From Mariniphaga sp. (GTDB lineage Bacteria > Bacteroidota > Bacteroidia > Bacteroidales > Prolixibacteraceae), in NCBI GenBank assembly GCA_024636975.1, contig JAGXGA010000022.1:7122-71121 (forward strand): 64,000 nt of DNA. Direction: 5' to 3'. Both the position numbers and the translations under genes were made by a program. Shown here piece by piece: positions 1-9,918 of the stretch (positions within the stretch are counted from its first letter, which is position 1; each line of letters starts with the position of its first letter). The notes under the pieces were generated by a model, which had not been told where the DNA came from, ran no database searches, and saw nothing but the letters and a program-made list of their open reading frames with translations.

Positions 1-631
1 GGTTGTAATCCTCCATCGAGATTTCGATCACCTCACAGGCTTCTTTACAATCATAAACAGCGGCAATTTCTGTATTGCTTTCCTGCCCTGGCATATCTTT
101 ATAGGTAAGAAAATAATGTTCCAGTCGCTGGATTACTATATTGGGCACATCTTTTAATTCTTTGAAGTGGCCATATACAGTATCGTTCAACAGCACAGCA
201 ATTATTTTATCATCCGCCTGATTTCCGTCAATCATTCGAAAGCCACCTATAGGGCGGGCATTTACCAGAAGATCGCCATGTGCAAGCGTTTTTTCTGTCA
301 GTACACAAATATCAATGGGGTCGCCATCGCCGGTAATGTTTTTCCGGCCGGTTTTCTGATTACAGTATTCGCCCACCTTTGTCCCGCAATATGTCTGAGG
401 TATAAAACCATAAAGTGCCGGAATGACATTTGAAAATTTCTGAGGTCTGTCCAGCCTAAGGTAGCCGCTTTCCTTATCTATTTCATATTTGACTGTGTCG
501 GTTGAAACCACTTCAATAAATGCAGTAACCTCCTGTGGTGCATTTTTCCCTATGGCTACACCATGCCATGGATGTGATTTGTATCGCAGGCCCATCAACC
601 TGCCAATCGGATCCGATAGTTTGTCAACCAT
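1..631 (-). CDS. ppa: Inorganic pyrophosphatase (family I); 3' end runs off the window start
   Basis: Own minus-strand translation from the ATG at 631-629 gives MVDKLSDPIGRLMGLRYKSHPWHGVAIGKNAPQEV...YGFIPQTYCG...DGDPIDICVL...GGFRMIDGNQADDKIIAVL, with Asp-rich PPase signatures. The frame stays open to position 1, so it is missing from the ORF track. Plus-strand ORFs 167..433 and 489..1019 are its shadows. Confidence 0.85.
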   Translation of the reverse strand, partial: MVDKLSDPIGRLMGLRYKSHPWHGVAIGKNAPQEVTAFIEVVSTDTVKYEIDKESGYLRLDRPQKFSNVIPALYGFIPQTYCGTKVGEYCNQKTGRKNITGDGDPIDICVLTEKTLAHGDLLVNARPIGGFRMIDGNQADDKIIAVLLNDTVYGHFKELKDVPNIVIQRLEHYFLTYKDMPGQESNTEIAAVYDCKEACEVIEISMEDYN

Positions 632-813
632 TGTTTTATTTTTATTGTTGCTATTTCAACCTTTAAGAACTGTTTTAGTTCAATTATTATCAAAATTTGA
701 TTGTAAGGGAAGCTTTTTGCTGATGATAAAGGTGAAATCTAAAGATAATTGCAGATTAAAAAAAAAGCTGCCTTATACAGACAGCTTTATAAAGATATAT
801 TTTAGGTGCATTT

Positions 814-2304
814 TTAGCCCAGCTTTGCTTCAATTCGGCTTCCTTTTTTATCAACAGCGGCAATCAAAATTTCGTTTCCTGTTTTTTCTGTTTCAAATAC
901 AAAAGGTTTACATTTCAAAGTTTGTGGCTTATGTTCTACTTTTCCGGCGAGTTTCCCATCAATTACTACTTCATAGTGATCAAGGGGTTCATCTCCCGCA
1001 TAGGCAGTTTGCCATGTAAAAACGTTCTTGCCACCTTTTTCTGATCTCTTCAGCATGCGCGGACCTGCCAGCTCTTCTTTTTCCATTTGGAAGTAATTGG
1101 TCTTACCATTCTTAACTTCAGCAGCCATCTGTTCTATTTCCAGCCTTTCGTCATTATTCAATCCATTGGGTTCAATCTGGCAGGCATAATAGTTCTGAAC
1201 CATCTGGCATTTCATCGGATCCTTATCAATCTGACCAATACCGATAATCAGGGTATGCACTCCGGGAGTGGTAAGTGAATATTCAATGAGCGGGCGGCTG
1301 GGTAAACCAGGTTTTCCCACCTTCCGGTAAACATGCTCAGGTTTATTTGACCAGGTAGGTTCCTTGTGGTACATCGCTGCATCAGCAAATGTTTTCATTC
1401 CAATTATACCCAAGCCTTTGGCTTCAGCGACAGGAATCACATTGTGCTGCATGTTAAACATCAGTCTGTCGTTGGCATTAATGGCTATGAGCATTCCTTC
1501 CAGAATACCCCATTCATCACGCTGAATCATATCTATCATTGCCGGTGGGTTGTTGTGTCCCGAGAAGCCGATGTGCCTGATTAATTTCTCATTTTTCGGG
1601 TTCATACCTGTAAGATTAGTGCCGTCGCGCAAATCGCGCAAGGCAACAAGAGCACCGAAGTTGCCATTTGGATCAAGTGGCGTTTCGAGTCCTTCATAGA
1701 GCACATCAATTTCTTTGGTATTGTGCAGGGTGTGAACCAGCACCATATCGAGGTAAGACCCTTCGGGGTACCAGCCTTTGTTGTCGCCAAATATCTGGGT
1801 GAGGGAACGTTTTACATCATCTACAGCACACTTCACATTTTCGCCATTCGACCAGTTAACCACCTCATCGCGTTCGGGCCAGCTGGGCTTACCCCAACGC
1901 ATACCTGTTTTACTTGTGAGCCAGATTGATTCACGAAGTTTTTTATTGTAATTTTCCTCTCCCGGTATCAGGTTCTTTTGCTGGAAAGCTTTATGAAAAT
2001 TGAGCTGGCTACCGGCATACAAGTTGGAGGTGTCGAAATAATTGATGCCCAAATCAAAGGCCTTCAAAATTATAGGTACCGGGTCCACATCTTCAGGTGT
2101 CCATTGCAGTGAAGCCTGTCCGCCCAAACCAAAAGTAGTGACCTTAAAGTCATGTTTGCCAAATTTACGCATCATTGGAGGTGGTACTTTTTCAATATTG
2201 AAACTACCCATTGGGATCACTGAAACAGCAGCAGTGGATGCCGCCGACACTTTCAGAAAATTTCTTCTGGAAATGCGGTTTTTATTGTTAGTTGCCATAA
2301 TCAT
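814..2304 (-). CDS. Aldo/keto reductase family oxidoreductase with twin-arginine (TAT) signal and a beta-rich C-terminal extension
   Basis: The N-terminus SRRNFLKVSAASTAAVSV is a TAT-type signal. The body resembles AKR proteins (GLGGQ, INYFDTSNLYAG, GFSGHNNP). The last ~90 aa form an extra beta-rich module. Confidence 0.7.
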   Translation of the reverse strand: MIMATNNKNRISRRNFLKVSAASTAAVSVIPMGSFNIEKVPPPMMRKFGKHDFKVTTFGLGGQASLQWTPEDVDPVPIILKAFDLGINYFDTSNLYAGSQLNFHKAFQQKNLIPGEENYNKKLRESIWLTSKTGMRWGKPSWPERDEVVNWSNGENVKCAVDDVKRSLTQIFGDNKGWYPEGSYLDMVLVHTLHNTKEIDVLYEGLETPLDPNGNFGALVALRDLRDGTNLTGMNPKNEKLIRHIGFSGHNNPPAMIDMIQRDEWGILEGMLIAINANDRLMFNMQHNVIPVAEAKGLGIIGMKTFADAAMYHKEPTWSNKPEHVYRKVGKPGLPSRPLIEYSLTTPGVHTLIIGIGQIDKDPMKCQMVQNYYACQIEPNGLNNDERLEIEQMAAEVKNGKTNYFQMEKEELAGPRMLKRSEKGGKNVFTWQTAYAGDEPLDHYEVVIDGKLAGKVEHKPQTLKCKPFVFETEKTGNEILIAAVDKKGSRIEAKLG

Positions 2305-2367
2305 TAGTTTTTCATAAAGTTACAAAAAAACAGCTTACTGCAATCACTTTTTTTTGAGAACATAAAA

Positions 2368-3018
2368 TCAAAATTCCGGTTCTGATTTCTTTTCCCTGTA
2401 AAAGTAACTCTTCTTTTCATCTTTTAAATCAAATGTGAACAGCCCTGTGTTGCGGAACTGATAAAAATAGTCGAGCATACCAATGTCGCCGGCACAGAAC
2501 AGGCTGTGAGCACTCATTACAAAAATCCAGAAATATACACCTGGGTTTCCAACTGTGATGATAATGCCGGCAAGGGATATTAATTTTATTGTTAAAAAAG
2601 GTGTGAGAGCAACCAGAGTAAATTGTTTCCGGTTCAGTACATGGCGGTCGGCCTCGGCATAAAATATGAATTTTTTAAGATAAGTGCCTATAGAAACTTT
2701 TTTGGCGCCGGTAATTTTAAATGCCAGTGCATGCAGCAGTTCATGGATAAGAATCAGGAAAGTGAAGGAGAAAACAATTGCTATTAATAAATATATCAAC
2801 GGCTGATAATTGCCCCTGATTGCCAAAACTAATGGGCGCGTTACAAAAAATAATCCTGTCAGAATCATCACAAGCTGGTACAGCATATACCCCCTGACCA
2901 GCTTACTGCCCGATGTAATCTGGTTGATAACAAATTCCTTTACCTGCTGATGTTCCAACTCATACAACAGTTCGTATTTACCGCTGTTCTGAAGCTCTTC
3001 TACATCCGGATTGTTCAT
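2368..3018 (-). CDS. Multi-pass membrane protein with HExxH motif (putative zincin, DUF3267-like)
   Basis: It has several hydrophobic helices and the motif HELLHALAF. Its start lies 1 nt downstream of the stop of the flippase gene. Confidence 0.45.
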   Translation of the reverse strand: MNNPDVEELQNSGKYELLYELEHQQVKEFVINQITSGSKLVRGYMLYQLVMILTGLFFVTRPLVLAIRGNYQPLIYLLIAIVFSFTFLILIHELLHALAFKITGAKKVSIGTYLKKFIFYAEADRHVLNRKQFTLVALTPFLTIKLISLAGIIITVGNPGVYFWIFVMSAHSLFCAGDIGMLDYFYQFRNTGLFTFDLKDEKKSYFYREKKSEPEF

Positions 3019-3019
3019 C

Positions 3020-4462
3020 TTACCTGTACATGAGAATTTTGAACATATCTTTTATATTTATCAGTCTTAGCAGAAAGGCAACTAAAACCGACCCTGCAAT
3101 AGTCAATAAATAGCCGTACAACCAATTCTCCATGTATTGGGTTAAGCTTGCCAATGAAATTACCACTCCTGTAAAAACTACCAGCTGGAGTATATAAGCA
3201 GCACCCGGCTTCAGTTTAAATATAGATAAGGCCAGAATAAGCTGGATGGCACCTGTAATAATTTGAGTGACCAGGCTGGCGTATGCTGAACCATACGCTT
3301 CAAAACGGGGAATGAGTATCAGGTTTAGCGTAACATTCAAAACCATACCACCAAATGCCATCATATTGAGTTGTTTTACACTGCCATTGGCAGTAAGCAA
3401 TGTTCCAAAAATATATGTGGTGGCAATTCCAATAAAACCAATCATAAGCAATCCCAGCAGATCGGAAGAATAGGCTGTGTTTGATTTGTACAATACCGAC
3501 ATGATTTCATTGTCGTAATAGATGCTTGTCACAGCAATAACTATGGCTGGTATAATCAAAAGTGTATATGACAGCTTTACCATTTGGCCTATCGGTTCAC
3601 CCTGTTTAATCATTTTTGAGAAAATGGGTAACAGCAGTCCTGCAAACAAAACTCCAAACATGGAAACTGCATCCAGAAGGCGAAAAGCCTGGGCATATAT
3701 ACCTGCCTGCTCTTGGCCCCGGCTACCTGGAAGCATTCTTTCAAGCATTACTGAATCAATTCGGTTATAAAGTGCCATCAACAAAATAAGGATGGCATAT
3801 GGATATGACTTCCGAAGGAATACCAAAAAAAAGACAACATTGAATTTTATCCTGATTCTTCCCGATTTTTGCAGCACAATTGCAAAAGTGATAATAGAAG
3901 TCAGCAGGTAAGCTGCCGTTTGTGCATATACAAACCAACTTATGGAAAATTGTTCCCTGAAAGTATGTGTAAACAGCAGGATACTGCAAATAATTATCAT
4001 CAGAGACCGATCGAGTACCGATATAATGCTGTCTGTTCGAAAAAGGTGCAGTGCACTTATATTCGACCTCAGGTACTGAATAAAAGATACAAGGAACTGG
4101 TTGAAAATAAGAAATATCAGCAGGTGTATTTGTAAATTGCTGTAACCGATTATTGCTGCAATAATAAGGCTTACAGCAGCATATAAAAATGCCAGTAAAA
4201 TTTTAAGCCCTACAATGTTTGAAAGGTGTTTTGGTAGAAGGTAATTATGCCGGGCAATATTACGGTTGTTGTAACTGGTAATGCCTATATCAAGTAAAAT
4301 ATTCAGGATGAGCGAGAAATTAAGAAGTGCAAAGTAAAATCCATAATTTTCATCACCCACTAAATTTTGCACCGTGCGGTCAATGCCAAAAATCCAAAAA
4401 GGCTTGATCAGCAAGTTGAGGGAAAGCAGTAATACCAGGTTTGTAACAAATTTCCGTTTCAA
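3020..4462 (-). CDS. Polysaccharide/oligosaccharide flippase (Wzx/MOP-superfamily-like), TTG start
   Basis: The 480-aa protein is very hydrophobic with about 12 or more TM segments. The only in-frame start near the 5' end is TTG at 4462-4460, 7 nt after the FkbM gene stop. The first internal Met is about 155 codons in. Confidence 0.6.
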   Translation of the reverse strand: MKRKFVTNLVLLLSLNLLIKPFWIFGIDRTVQNLVGDENYGFYFALLNFSLILNILLDIGITSYNNRNIARHNYLLPKHLSNIVGLKILLAFLYAAVSLIIAAIIGYSNLQIHLLIFLIFNQFLVSFIQYLRSNISALHLFRTDSIISVLDRSLMIIICSILLFTHTFREQFSISWFVYAQTAAYLLTSIITFAIVLQKSGRIRIKFNVVFFLVFLRKSYPYAILILLMALYNRIDSVMLERMLPGSRGQEQAGIYAQAFRLLDAVSMFGVLFAGLLLPIFSKMIKQGEPIGQMVKLSYTLLIIPAIVIAVTSIYYDNEIMSVLYKSNTAYSSDLLGLLMIGFIGIATTYIFGTLLTANGSVKQLNMMAFGGMVLNVTLNLILIPRFEAYGSAYASLVTQIITGAIQLILALSIFKLKPGAAYILQLVVFTGVVISLASLTQYMENWLYGYLLTIAGSVLVAFLLRLINIKDMFKILMYR

Positions 4463-4468
4463 AACATT

Positions 4469-5218
4469 TCAATCATTTAGTGAATCCGGAATAAAAAAGA
4501 AATTATGCTTATTATGAATACCGGTAGTAAAAGGCACCAGTTCCTTTTTATTAAGTACAAACGCAGAATACCCCAGTTTATTAAGAAAAGTGATGCATTT
4601 ATTCCGGTTTTCATTGGCCCAAAGTTCGCAATAAATTACCGGTTGATGCTTTTTTATGATTTTTTCTGCACCCTTTAGTACGAAGTATTCAAAGTTTTCC
4701 ACGTCAATTTTTAATCCTGTAATGGGCTCAGTCGATGTATTTAATTCCTTAAAGTCGTCGAGCCTCACCATTGGAACTTTAAACCGAAGTCCTGAATTGT
4801 TCTCCCTGATATCATCGTGAACTGCATGGCTAAGTCCGTGCATTGGTACCTTGTCAATTACAGGCATCACCATTTCAAGTTGTGTGTTTTCATCGCCAGC
4901 TGCCAACTGGTATTCTCTGATGTTTTCAAGCCCGAACTTTCTTTTAACACGCTTAAGTACGTTCATGTTTATTTCCAGGGGTTCAAACGAATAAACTGTA
5001 CTGTCGGGAAGCGCTTTTGCCAGGTGGTAACTGGTAACCCCAATGTTTGCGCCTAAATCGAGCACTTTGCCCTTATCTGGTAACAGGTCCATAAAATGAA
5101 AGAAATCCTTTTCCTTTTTATCCCACCTGATTTTTGCGATAACAAACAAGGCAAAAACATATAAGTAGGTGTGAAACCCGAGAATTTTTTGTAGAATATA
5201 TTTAGTGAATGTTTTCAT
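4469..5218 (-). CDS. FkbM-family SAM-dependent methyltransferase
   Basis: It carries the motif VLDLGANIGVTS and the later FEP/VRLDDF layout typical of FkbM methyltransferases. Confidence 0.65.
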   Translation of the reverse strand: MKTFTKYILQKILGFHTYLYVFALFVIAKIRWDKKEKDFFHFMDLLPDKGKVLDLGANIGVTSYHLAKALPDSTVYSFEPLEINMNVLKRVKRKFGLENIREYQLAAGDENTQLEMVMPVIDKVPMHGLSHAVHDDIRENNSGLRFKVPMVRLDDFKELNTSTEPITGLKIDVENFEYFVLKGAEKIIKKHQPVIYCELWANENRNKCITFLNKLGYSAFVLNKKELVPFTTGIHNKHNFFFIPDSLND

Positions 5219-5659
5219 TGGTAAGTTGATGTTTTACTTTTTCCGGCAAAAGTTTTATCTGAAATTTGCATTATCACCAAAACAACAGAATTCTTTAACA
5301 TTTTTTGCTTCCGGGAATATCTCATAAATGTTTATTTTGCCGGACAGTTTACAGTATAATGTTTATTTGTTGCAGTTACCTTTTTCGATTCGTACCTTAC
5401 GGTGTAATGCATCCCTTTAGATTTATTATTTAAAGTTATACTGCAAAGATATTGGAATTTTATATTTATTTTCATTCGAATAAATTACAGTTAATATTTT
5501 ATATTTAATTAAATATGTTGCTGAAAAAATATCTGTTCTTCGATAATCATGTATGCTTGTCAGCTAGGCAGCAAATTAATTTCCGGTGGAATTGCCCTGA
5601 GTTGTTGGTACCCGGTTGTTTTAATTATTGATGAAAACATGGCAATTTCAATTTAGGTT

Positions 5660-6799
5660 ATGAGGATAGCAATAAATACAAGACTGCTGCTAAAAAATAA
5701 GCTTGAGGGAATAGGATGGTTCACTATGGAAACGATGAAGCGGATAACCCGCAATCATCCTGAGCATGAATTCATTTTTATTTTCGACAGGGCCTATTCC
5801 AAAGATTTCATTTTCTCAAACAACATTACTCCTGTAGTAGTTGCTCCACCGGCAAGGCATCCGGTCCTTTTTTATTTATGGTTTGAATACAGTATCCCTT
5901 ATATATTGAAGAAGCATAATGCCGATCTGTTTTTATCACCCGACGGTTATTTATCCTTAAAAACGCAAATCCCACAGCTTGCAGTTATACATGATATCAG
6001 TTTCCGGCACCGACCTGAAGATTTGCCCTGGATGAAGAGTTGGTATTACAATTATTTTTTTCCGCGCTTTGCACACAAAGCAGCACGTATCGCTACTGTA
6101 TCCAATTATTCAAAAAAGGATATAGCCAGTTCATTCAAGATTGATTTATCGAACATCGATGTAGTTTATGATGGAGTTAACGACGGATTTAAACCCTCTA
6201 CACCTCAGGAACAGGATTTTATCAGGGAGAAATATACAGGAGGGGCTTCTTACTTTTTGTATGTTGGCGCTTTGCATCCCCGAAAAAACATAGCCAGCCT
6301 GTTGAGTGCTTTTAATATTTTTAAAAGAAAGAATCCTGGTCTGGAAAAATTGCTGGTTGTAGGAGGTGAAATGCATAAAACATCTGATATTTTTGATATA
6401 CTGGAAAAATTGCCTTTTAAAAAGGATATCATATTTACAGGCAGACTTTCTGAAACAGAGCTGATCAAAGTTTACGGTGCAGCCCTTGCTCTTGCTTACG
6501 TTCCTTATTTTGAGGGATTTGGCATGCCAATAGTAGAAGCTATGAGTGCCGGTATACCCGTAATATGTTCCAATACTACGTCAATGCCCGAAGTAGGGGG
6601 TGATGCTGTTCTGTATGCTGATCCTTCAAGTGTAGATCAAATTGCTGAAGCAATGATAAAATTAGCAACTGATTCTGAATTAAGAGCTGAACTTACTAAA
6701 AGAGGATTTGAGCAAAAAAAGAAATTTAGCTGGGATGAAACTTCCAGATTGCTGTGGAAGAGCATTGAACATATCATGCGTCCGATTGACCGGAAATGA
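5660..6799 (+). CDS. Glycosyltransferase family 4 (GT-B, retaining)
   Basis: The C-terminal EGFGMPIVEAMSAGIPVICSNTTSMPEVGGDA matches the GT4/GT1 E-x7-E region. Confidence 0.8.
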   Translation: MRIAINTRLLLKNKLEGIGWFTMETMKRITRNHPEHEFIFIFDRAYSKDFIFSNNITPVVVAPPARHPVLFYLWFEYSIPYILKKHNADLFLSPDGYLSLKTQIPQLAVIHDISFRHRPEDLPWMKSWYYNYFFPRFAHKAARIATVSNYSKKDIASSFKIDLSNIDVVYDGVNDGFKPSTPQEQDFIREKYTGGASYFLYVGALHPRKNIASLLSAFNIFKRKNPGLEKLLVVGGEMHKTSDIFDILEKLPFKKDIIFTGRLSETELIKVYGAALALAYVPYFEGFGMPIVEAMSAGIPVICSNTTSMPEVGGDAVLYADPSSVDQIAEAMIKLATDSELRAELTKRGFEQKKKFSWDETSRLLWKSIEHIMRPIDRK

Positions 6800-6952
6800 A
6801 TCCGGTTTCTTCATAAAAGGAGCATAATTTTTCTTAATATTCCTGGCATTTAGCCATTAGGATTTACATTTTGAACAAAAATTCGCATTATAAGTAAACT
6901 TTTTGCCTGCTGGATTTTTATATAAGGAAGAGAATTAAAAATCATTTACCTC

Positions 6953-8368
6953 ATGTATTCAATAAATCAAAATGCCGGTATAATTCTATTTGTCTTTATG
7001 CTAACGTTTTATGCCGGGAAAGCATTTGCTCAGGTTGATGCTGCAGCTTTATATCAGCAATATTGTGCCCAGTGTCATGGATCAGACCTTGATGGCGGTA
7101 ATTCCGCAAGCCTTATTGATGGAGTCTGGCAGTTCGGTGCCGAAAACAGTTACATAACCCGCAATATAAAGCACGGTATCCCTCACCTTGGAATGCCTTC
7201 CTATGAAAGCTCGCTTTCAGATGAGGAAATAAAGGCCGTTGTAGGATACATACGTGATGTTGAGAAAGAGGAAGGGGCTGAAAGGCCACCCATTGCGGAA
7301 ACCTTGGAAACAATGGATTATTTTATGGTGGCTGAAACCTTTGCCGATGATCTTGAAATACCATGGGCTATTGATTTCATCGATGAGAATACCGCCCTTA
7401 TTACAGAAAGGCCCGGGCGTTTGCGGATTGTAAGAAATGGAAAATTACAATCTGAACCGGTAGCGGGTACCCCAGAGGTATTGCATGAAGGGCAGGGCGG
7501 GTTAATGGATGTAGCTGTTGATCCGGAATACAGTGACAATGGCTGGATATACCTGGCATACAGTCATGCATTATCCAACTATGAAGGAGAGCGGCCTCCT
7601 GCAATGACACGCATTGTTCGTGGGAATATAGAAAACAATACCTGGACCAATGAGCAGGTTTTGTTTGAAGCGCCACCGGAAACATACCGCACCACACGTC
7701 ACCATTATGGCTGCCGTATTGTATTTGATCCTTGGGGGTACCTGTACTTTGCAATTGGCGACAGAGGTGCTGGTTACCAGGCCCAGGATTTTACCCTTCC
7801 CAACGGTAAAGTTCACCGTATCAATAAAGATGGATCAATTCCTGAGGATAATCCTTACCTGTATGATGATAAGGCTATGAAATCATTGTTTAGCCTGGGT
7901 AACCGAAATATCCAGGGTATGGCTATTCATCCTTCAACCGGTGAGCTGTGGACAACTGAGCACGGCCCCATGGGAGGCGATGAGCTTAATTTGATTGAGG
8001 CAGGTAAAAATTACGGTTGGGAAACAGTTACCTATGGAAGAAATTATAACGGTACAATTATAACTGAATTAACACACATGCCCGGGATGGAACAACCCAA
8101 CCTTTACTGGAAACCTTCCATTGCCGTATGTGGCCTTGATTTCTATAAAGGCGACCTGTTCGGAAAGTGGAAAGACAGGCTGCTTGTAGGAGCATTAAAA
8201 TATGAAGAAGTGCGATTGCTGCAGCTTGAAGAGAACCGGGTGATCCATGAGCAGATAATCCTGAAGGGAGCAGGGCGCGTGCGCGACGTGGCTGCCGGTC
8301 CTGATGGCGCTATTTACGTGGTACTTAACGATCCCCATAAAGTAATTCGTCTTACACCTAAAAGGTAG
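6953..8368 (+). CDS. PQQ-dependent sugar (glucose/sorbosone) dehydrogenase fused to an N-terminal c-type cytochrome domain
   Basis: It has a signal peptide, then the haem-binding CAQCHG motif. A beta-propeller-like body follows (HEGQGGLMDVAVDPEY, GDRG, HGPMGGDELN). Confidence 0.75.
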   Translation: MYSINQNAGIILFVFMLTFYAGKAFAQVDAAALYQQYCAQCHGSDLDGGNSASLIDGVWQFGAENSYITRNIKHGIPHLGMPSYESSLSDEEIKAVVGYIRDVEKEEGAERPPIAETLETMDYFMVAETFADDLEIPWAIDFIDENTALITERPGRLRIVRNGKLQSEPVAGTPEVLHEGQGGLMDVAVDPEYSDNGWIYLAYSHALSNYEGERPPAMTRIVRGNIENNTWTNEQVLFEAPPETYRTTRHHYGCRIVFDPWGYLYFAIGDRGAGYQAQDFTLPNGKVHRINKDGSIPEDNPYLYDDKAMKSLFSLGNRNIQGMAIHPSTGELWTTEHGPMGGDELNLIEAGKNYGWETVTYGRNYNGTIITELTHMPGMEQPNLYWKPSIAVCGLDFYKGDLFGKWKDRLLVGALKYEEVRLLQLEENRVIHEQIILKGAGRVRDVAAGPDGAIYVVLNDPHKVIRLTPKR

Positions 8369-8375
8369 TGTTTAA

Positions 8376-8405
8376 AAAGGCTGTCCCGGTTACGGAACAG
8401 CCTTT
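8376..8405. terminator. Bidirectional intrinsic terminator between convergent genes
   Basis: The stem aaaggctgt (8376-8384) pairs with acagccttt (8397-8405). An A-run lies on one side and a T-run on the other. Confidence 0.5.
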
Positions 8406-8436
8406 TTACTTGTTAAATGAGCTATCCTGTTAATTT

Positions 8437-9150
8437 CTAAGGTTTTTCGAATATCGAATCATCAATGTTATCATTGTAGCTGATTTCCTTAAAAGTAATA
8501 ACTGCTGTTCCCATCGGATTCTTCGATTCAATTTTCGTTGGCATCTTTACTCCACCAAACTCTTTATAATCACTCAGATTCTGTTCAACTTCCACTTCCT
8601 GGCCCTGAGCATTTACACGTGCCTTTACCTTTCTTATCAGGTAATCCTCGGCATCGATAAAATAGTTTTTTGTTGTCCCGTTTTTATCGGTCAGCTTAAT
8701 GTTATACATTGGAGTATCTTCAACATTTACTTTTCCAACCAAAGATGCCTCTGTCCCTTTTTCCTTATAGTTGTATAGTTCCCCATCGAAGTTGGCCTGA
8801 TCCATTGCCTGGCTTAATTCGGCACCCGTTAAATCCTGGGGCTCGGAACTCACCCAGGGGGCAATCATCCATCCTTTCTCTCCATTGTATGCCTGAACCA
8901 TTTTTTGTCCCTGCATTTCCATCTCCATCCGGAACTTGTCCGGGCGCTTCAATTTCATTGTCATTGGAATTTCCATTCCCATTTGTTCGATAGATGCCTG
9001 TATCGTATATGTTTCTTTTTCAAGAAGTTTTTCCTGACCAATTGCCTCAAAATGATTATCGAGAACTTCCTGTAAATTTTGAGCCTGCACATTGCTGGCT
9101 ACTGCAAAAAACAGTATGGCTGAAACGAGTAATAAATAAATTTTTTTCAT
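8437..9150 (-). CDS. Secreted protein, LolA/outer-membrane-lipoprotein-sorting-like fold (hypothetical)
   Basis: It has the signal peptide MKKIYLLLVSAILFFAVASNVQA. The beta-rich composition gives only a weak family impression. Confidence 0.35.
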   Translation of the reverse strand: MKKIYLLLVSAILFFAVASNVQAQNLQEVLDNHFEAIGQEKLLEKETYTIQASIEQMGMEIPMTMKLKRPDKFRMEMEMQGQKMVQAYNGEKGWMIAPWVSSEPQDLTGAELSQAMDQANFDGELYNYKEKGTEASLVGKVNVEDTPMYNIKLTDKNGTTKNYFIDAEDYLIRKVKARVNAQGQEVEVEQNLSDYKEFGGVKMPTKIESKNPMGTAVITFKEISYNDNIDDSIFEKP

Positions 9151-9238
9151 TTGTGCTTAATATAAAGTTTACTTTCGAAATGTATTATTAAGAATATGTC
9201 ATGAATGGCCTTGGAAAGTTACAACTTAATGAACATAT

Positions 9239-9901
9239 TTAAAAATATATTTCGGCTTCAATGTTTGCAAAAGGCACTCCTTTTGATATTAAAAGATCAC
9301 GTACTTCCACCACCATAAGTGCTTTTCCGCATAAAAAATACTTTACATCGGGAAAGTGTTTCAATTGGTCAAGGTAATCGGTTACCCTGCCCGGAAAGGT
9401 ATTGCACGATGATTCCCTGGAGCAGCAGCGGGTGTAATTTTCTTCAAAGGCCTCTTCCAGCTCATCTTCAAAATAAAACTGATTCAGGTAGCTCACTCCA
9501 TGAATTAACGATTTGCCTTTTTTCATACCTGAACGAAACATGCTGTAGAAGGGCGCTATTCCTGTGCCGGCAGCAATCCACCACGCCGGTTCATTACTTC
9601 CCAGGAAGCTGCCATAGGGTTCGGAAACCAATAATTTATCTCCCGGTATTAATGATGCAAGGCGCGGAGTGAGTACTCCATCTTTTTTCACATTAAATAA
9701 AACTGAAATATCAGGATCTGTATTACCGCTACAGATGCTGTATATTCTGGGAGGCTGATCATTATCAAGTCCAATTTTTATTACCTGCCCCGGAATAAAA
9801 TCATAATTACGTTGAAAGGAAATCAGATATACATCGGGTGATAGTTCAATATTACCGGTAACGACAGTCTCTCTCAACAGGGATGAATTTCCGGACGGCA
9901 T
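9239..9901 (-). CDS. Ferredoxin-NADP reductase-like FAD/NAD(P)-binding oxidoreductase
   Basis: It has the RIYSICS (RxYS FAD motif) and GTGIAPFYSM (NAD(P) motif) signatures. Confidence 0.6.
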   Translation of the reverse strand: MPSGNSSLLRETVVTGNIELSPDVYLISFQRNYDFIPGQVIKIGLDNDQPPRIYSICSGNTDPDISVLFNVKKDGVLTPRLASLIPGDKLLVSEPYGSFLGSNEPAWWIAAGTGIAPFYSMFRSGMKKGKSLIHGVSYLNQFYFEDELEEAFEENYTRCCSRESSCNTFPGRVTDYLDQLKHFPDVKYFLCGKALMVVEVRDLLISKGVPFANIEAEIYF

Positions 9902-9918
9902 AAATAAAGTTCTTTTTG

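Noticed and set aside
167-1019. Plus-strand ORFs 167..433 and 489..1019 from the ORF track
   Set aside because: Both lie antisense to the clearly recognisable pyrophosphatase frame (and to the 3' end of the AKR gene). Their translations are low-complexity and show no family resemblance.
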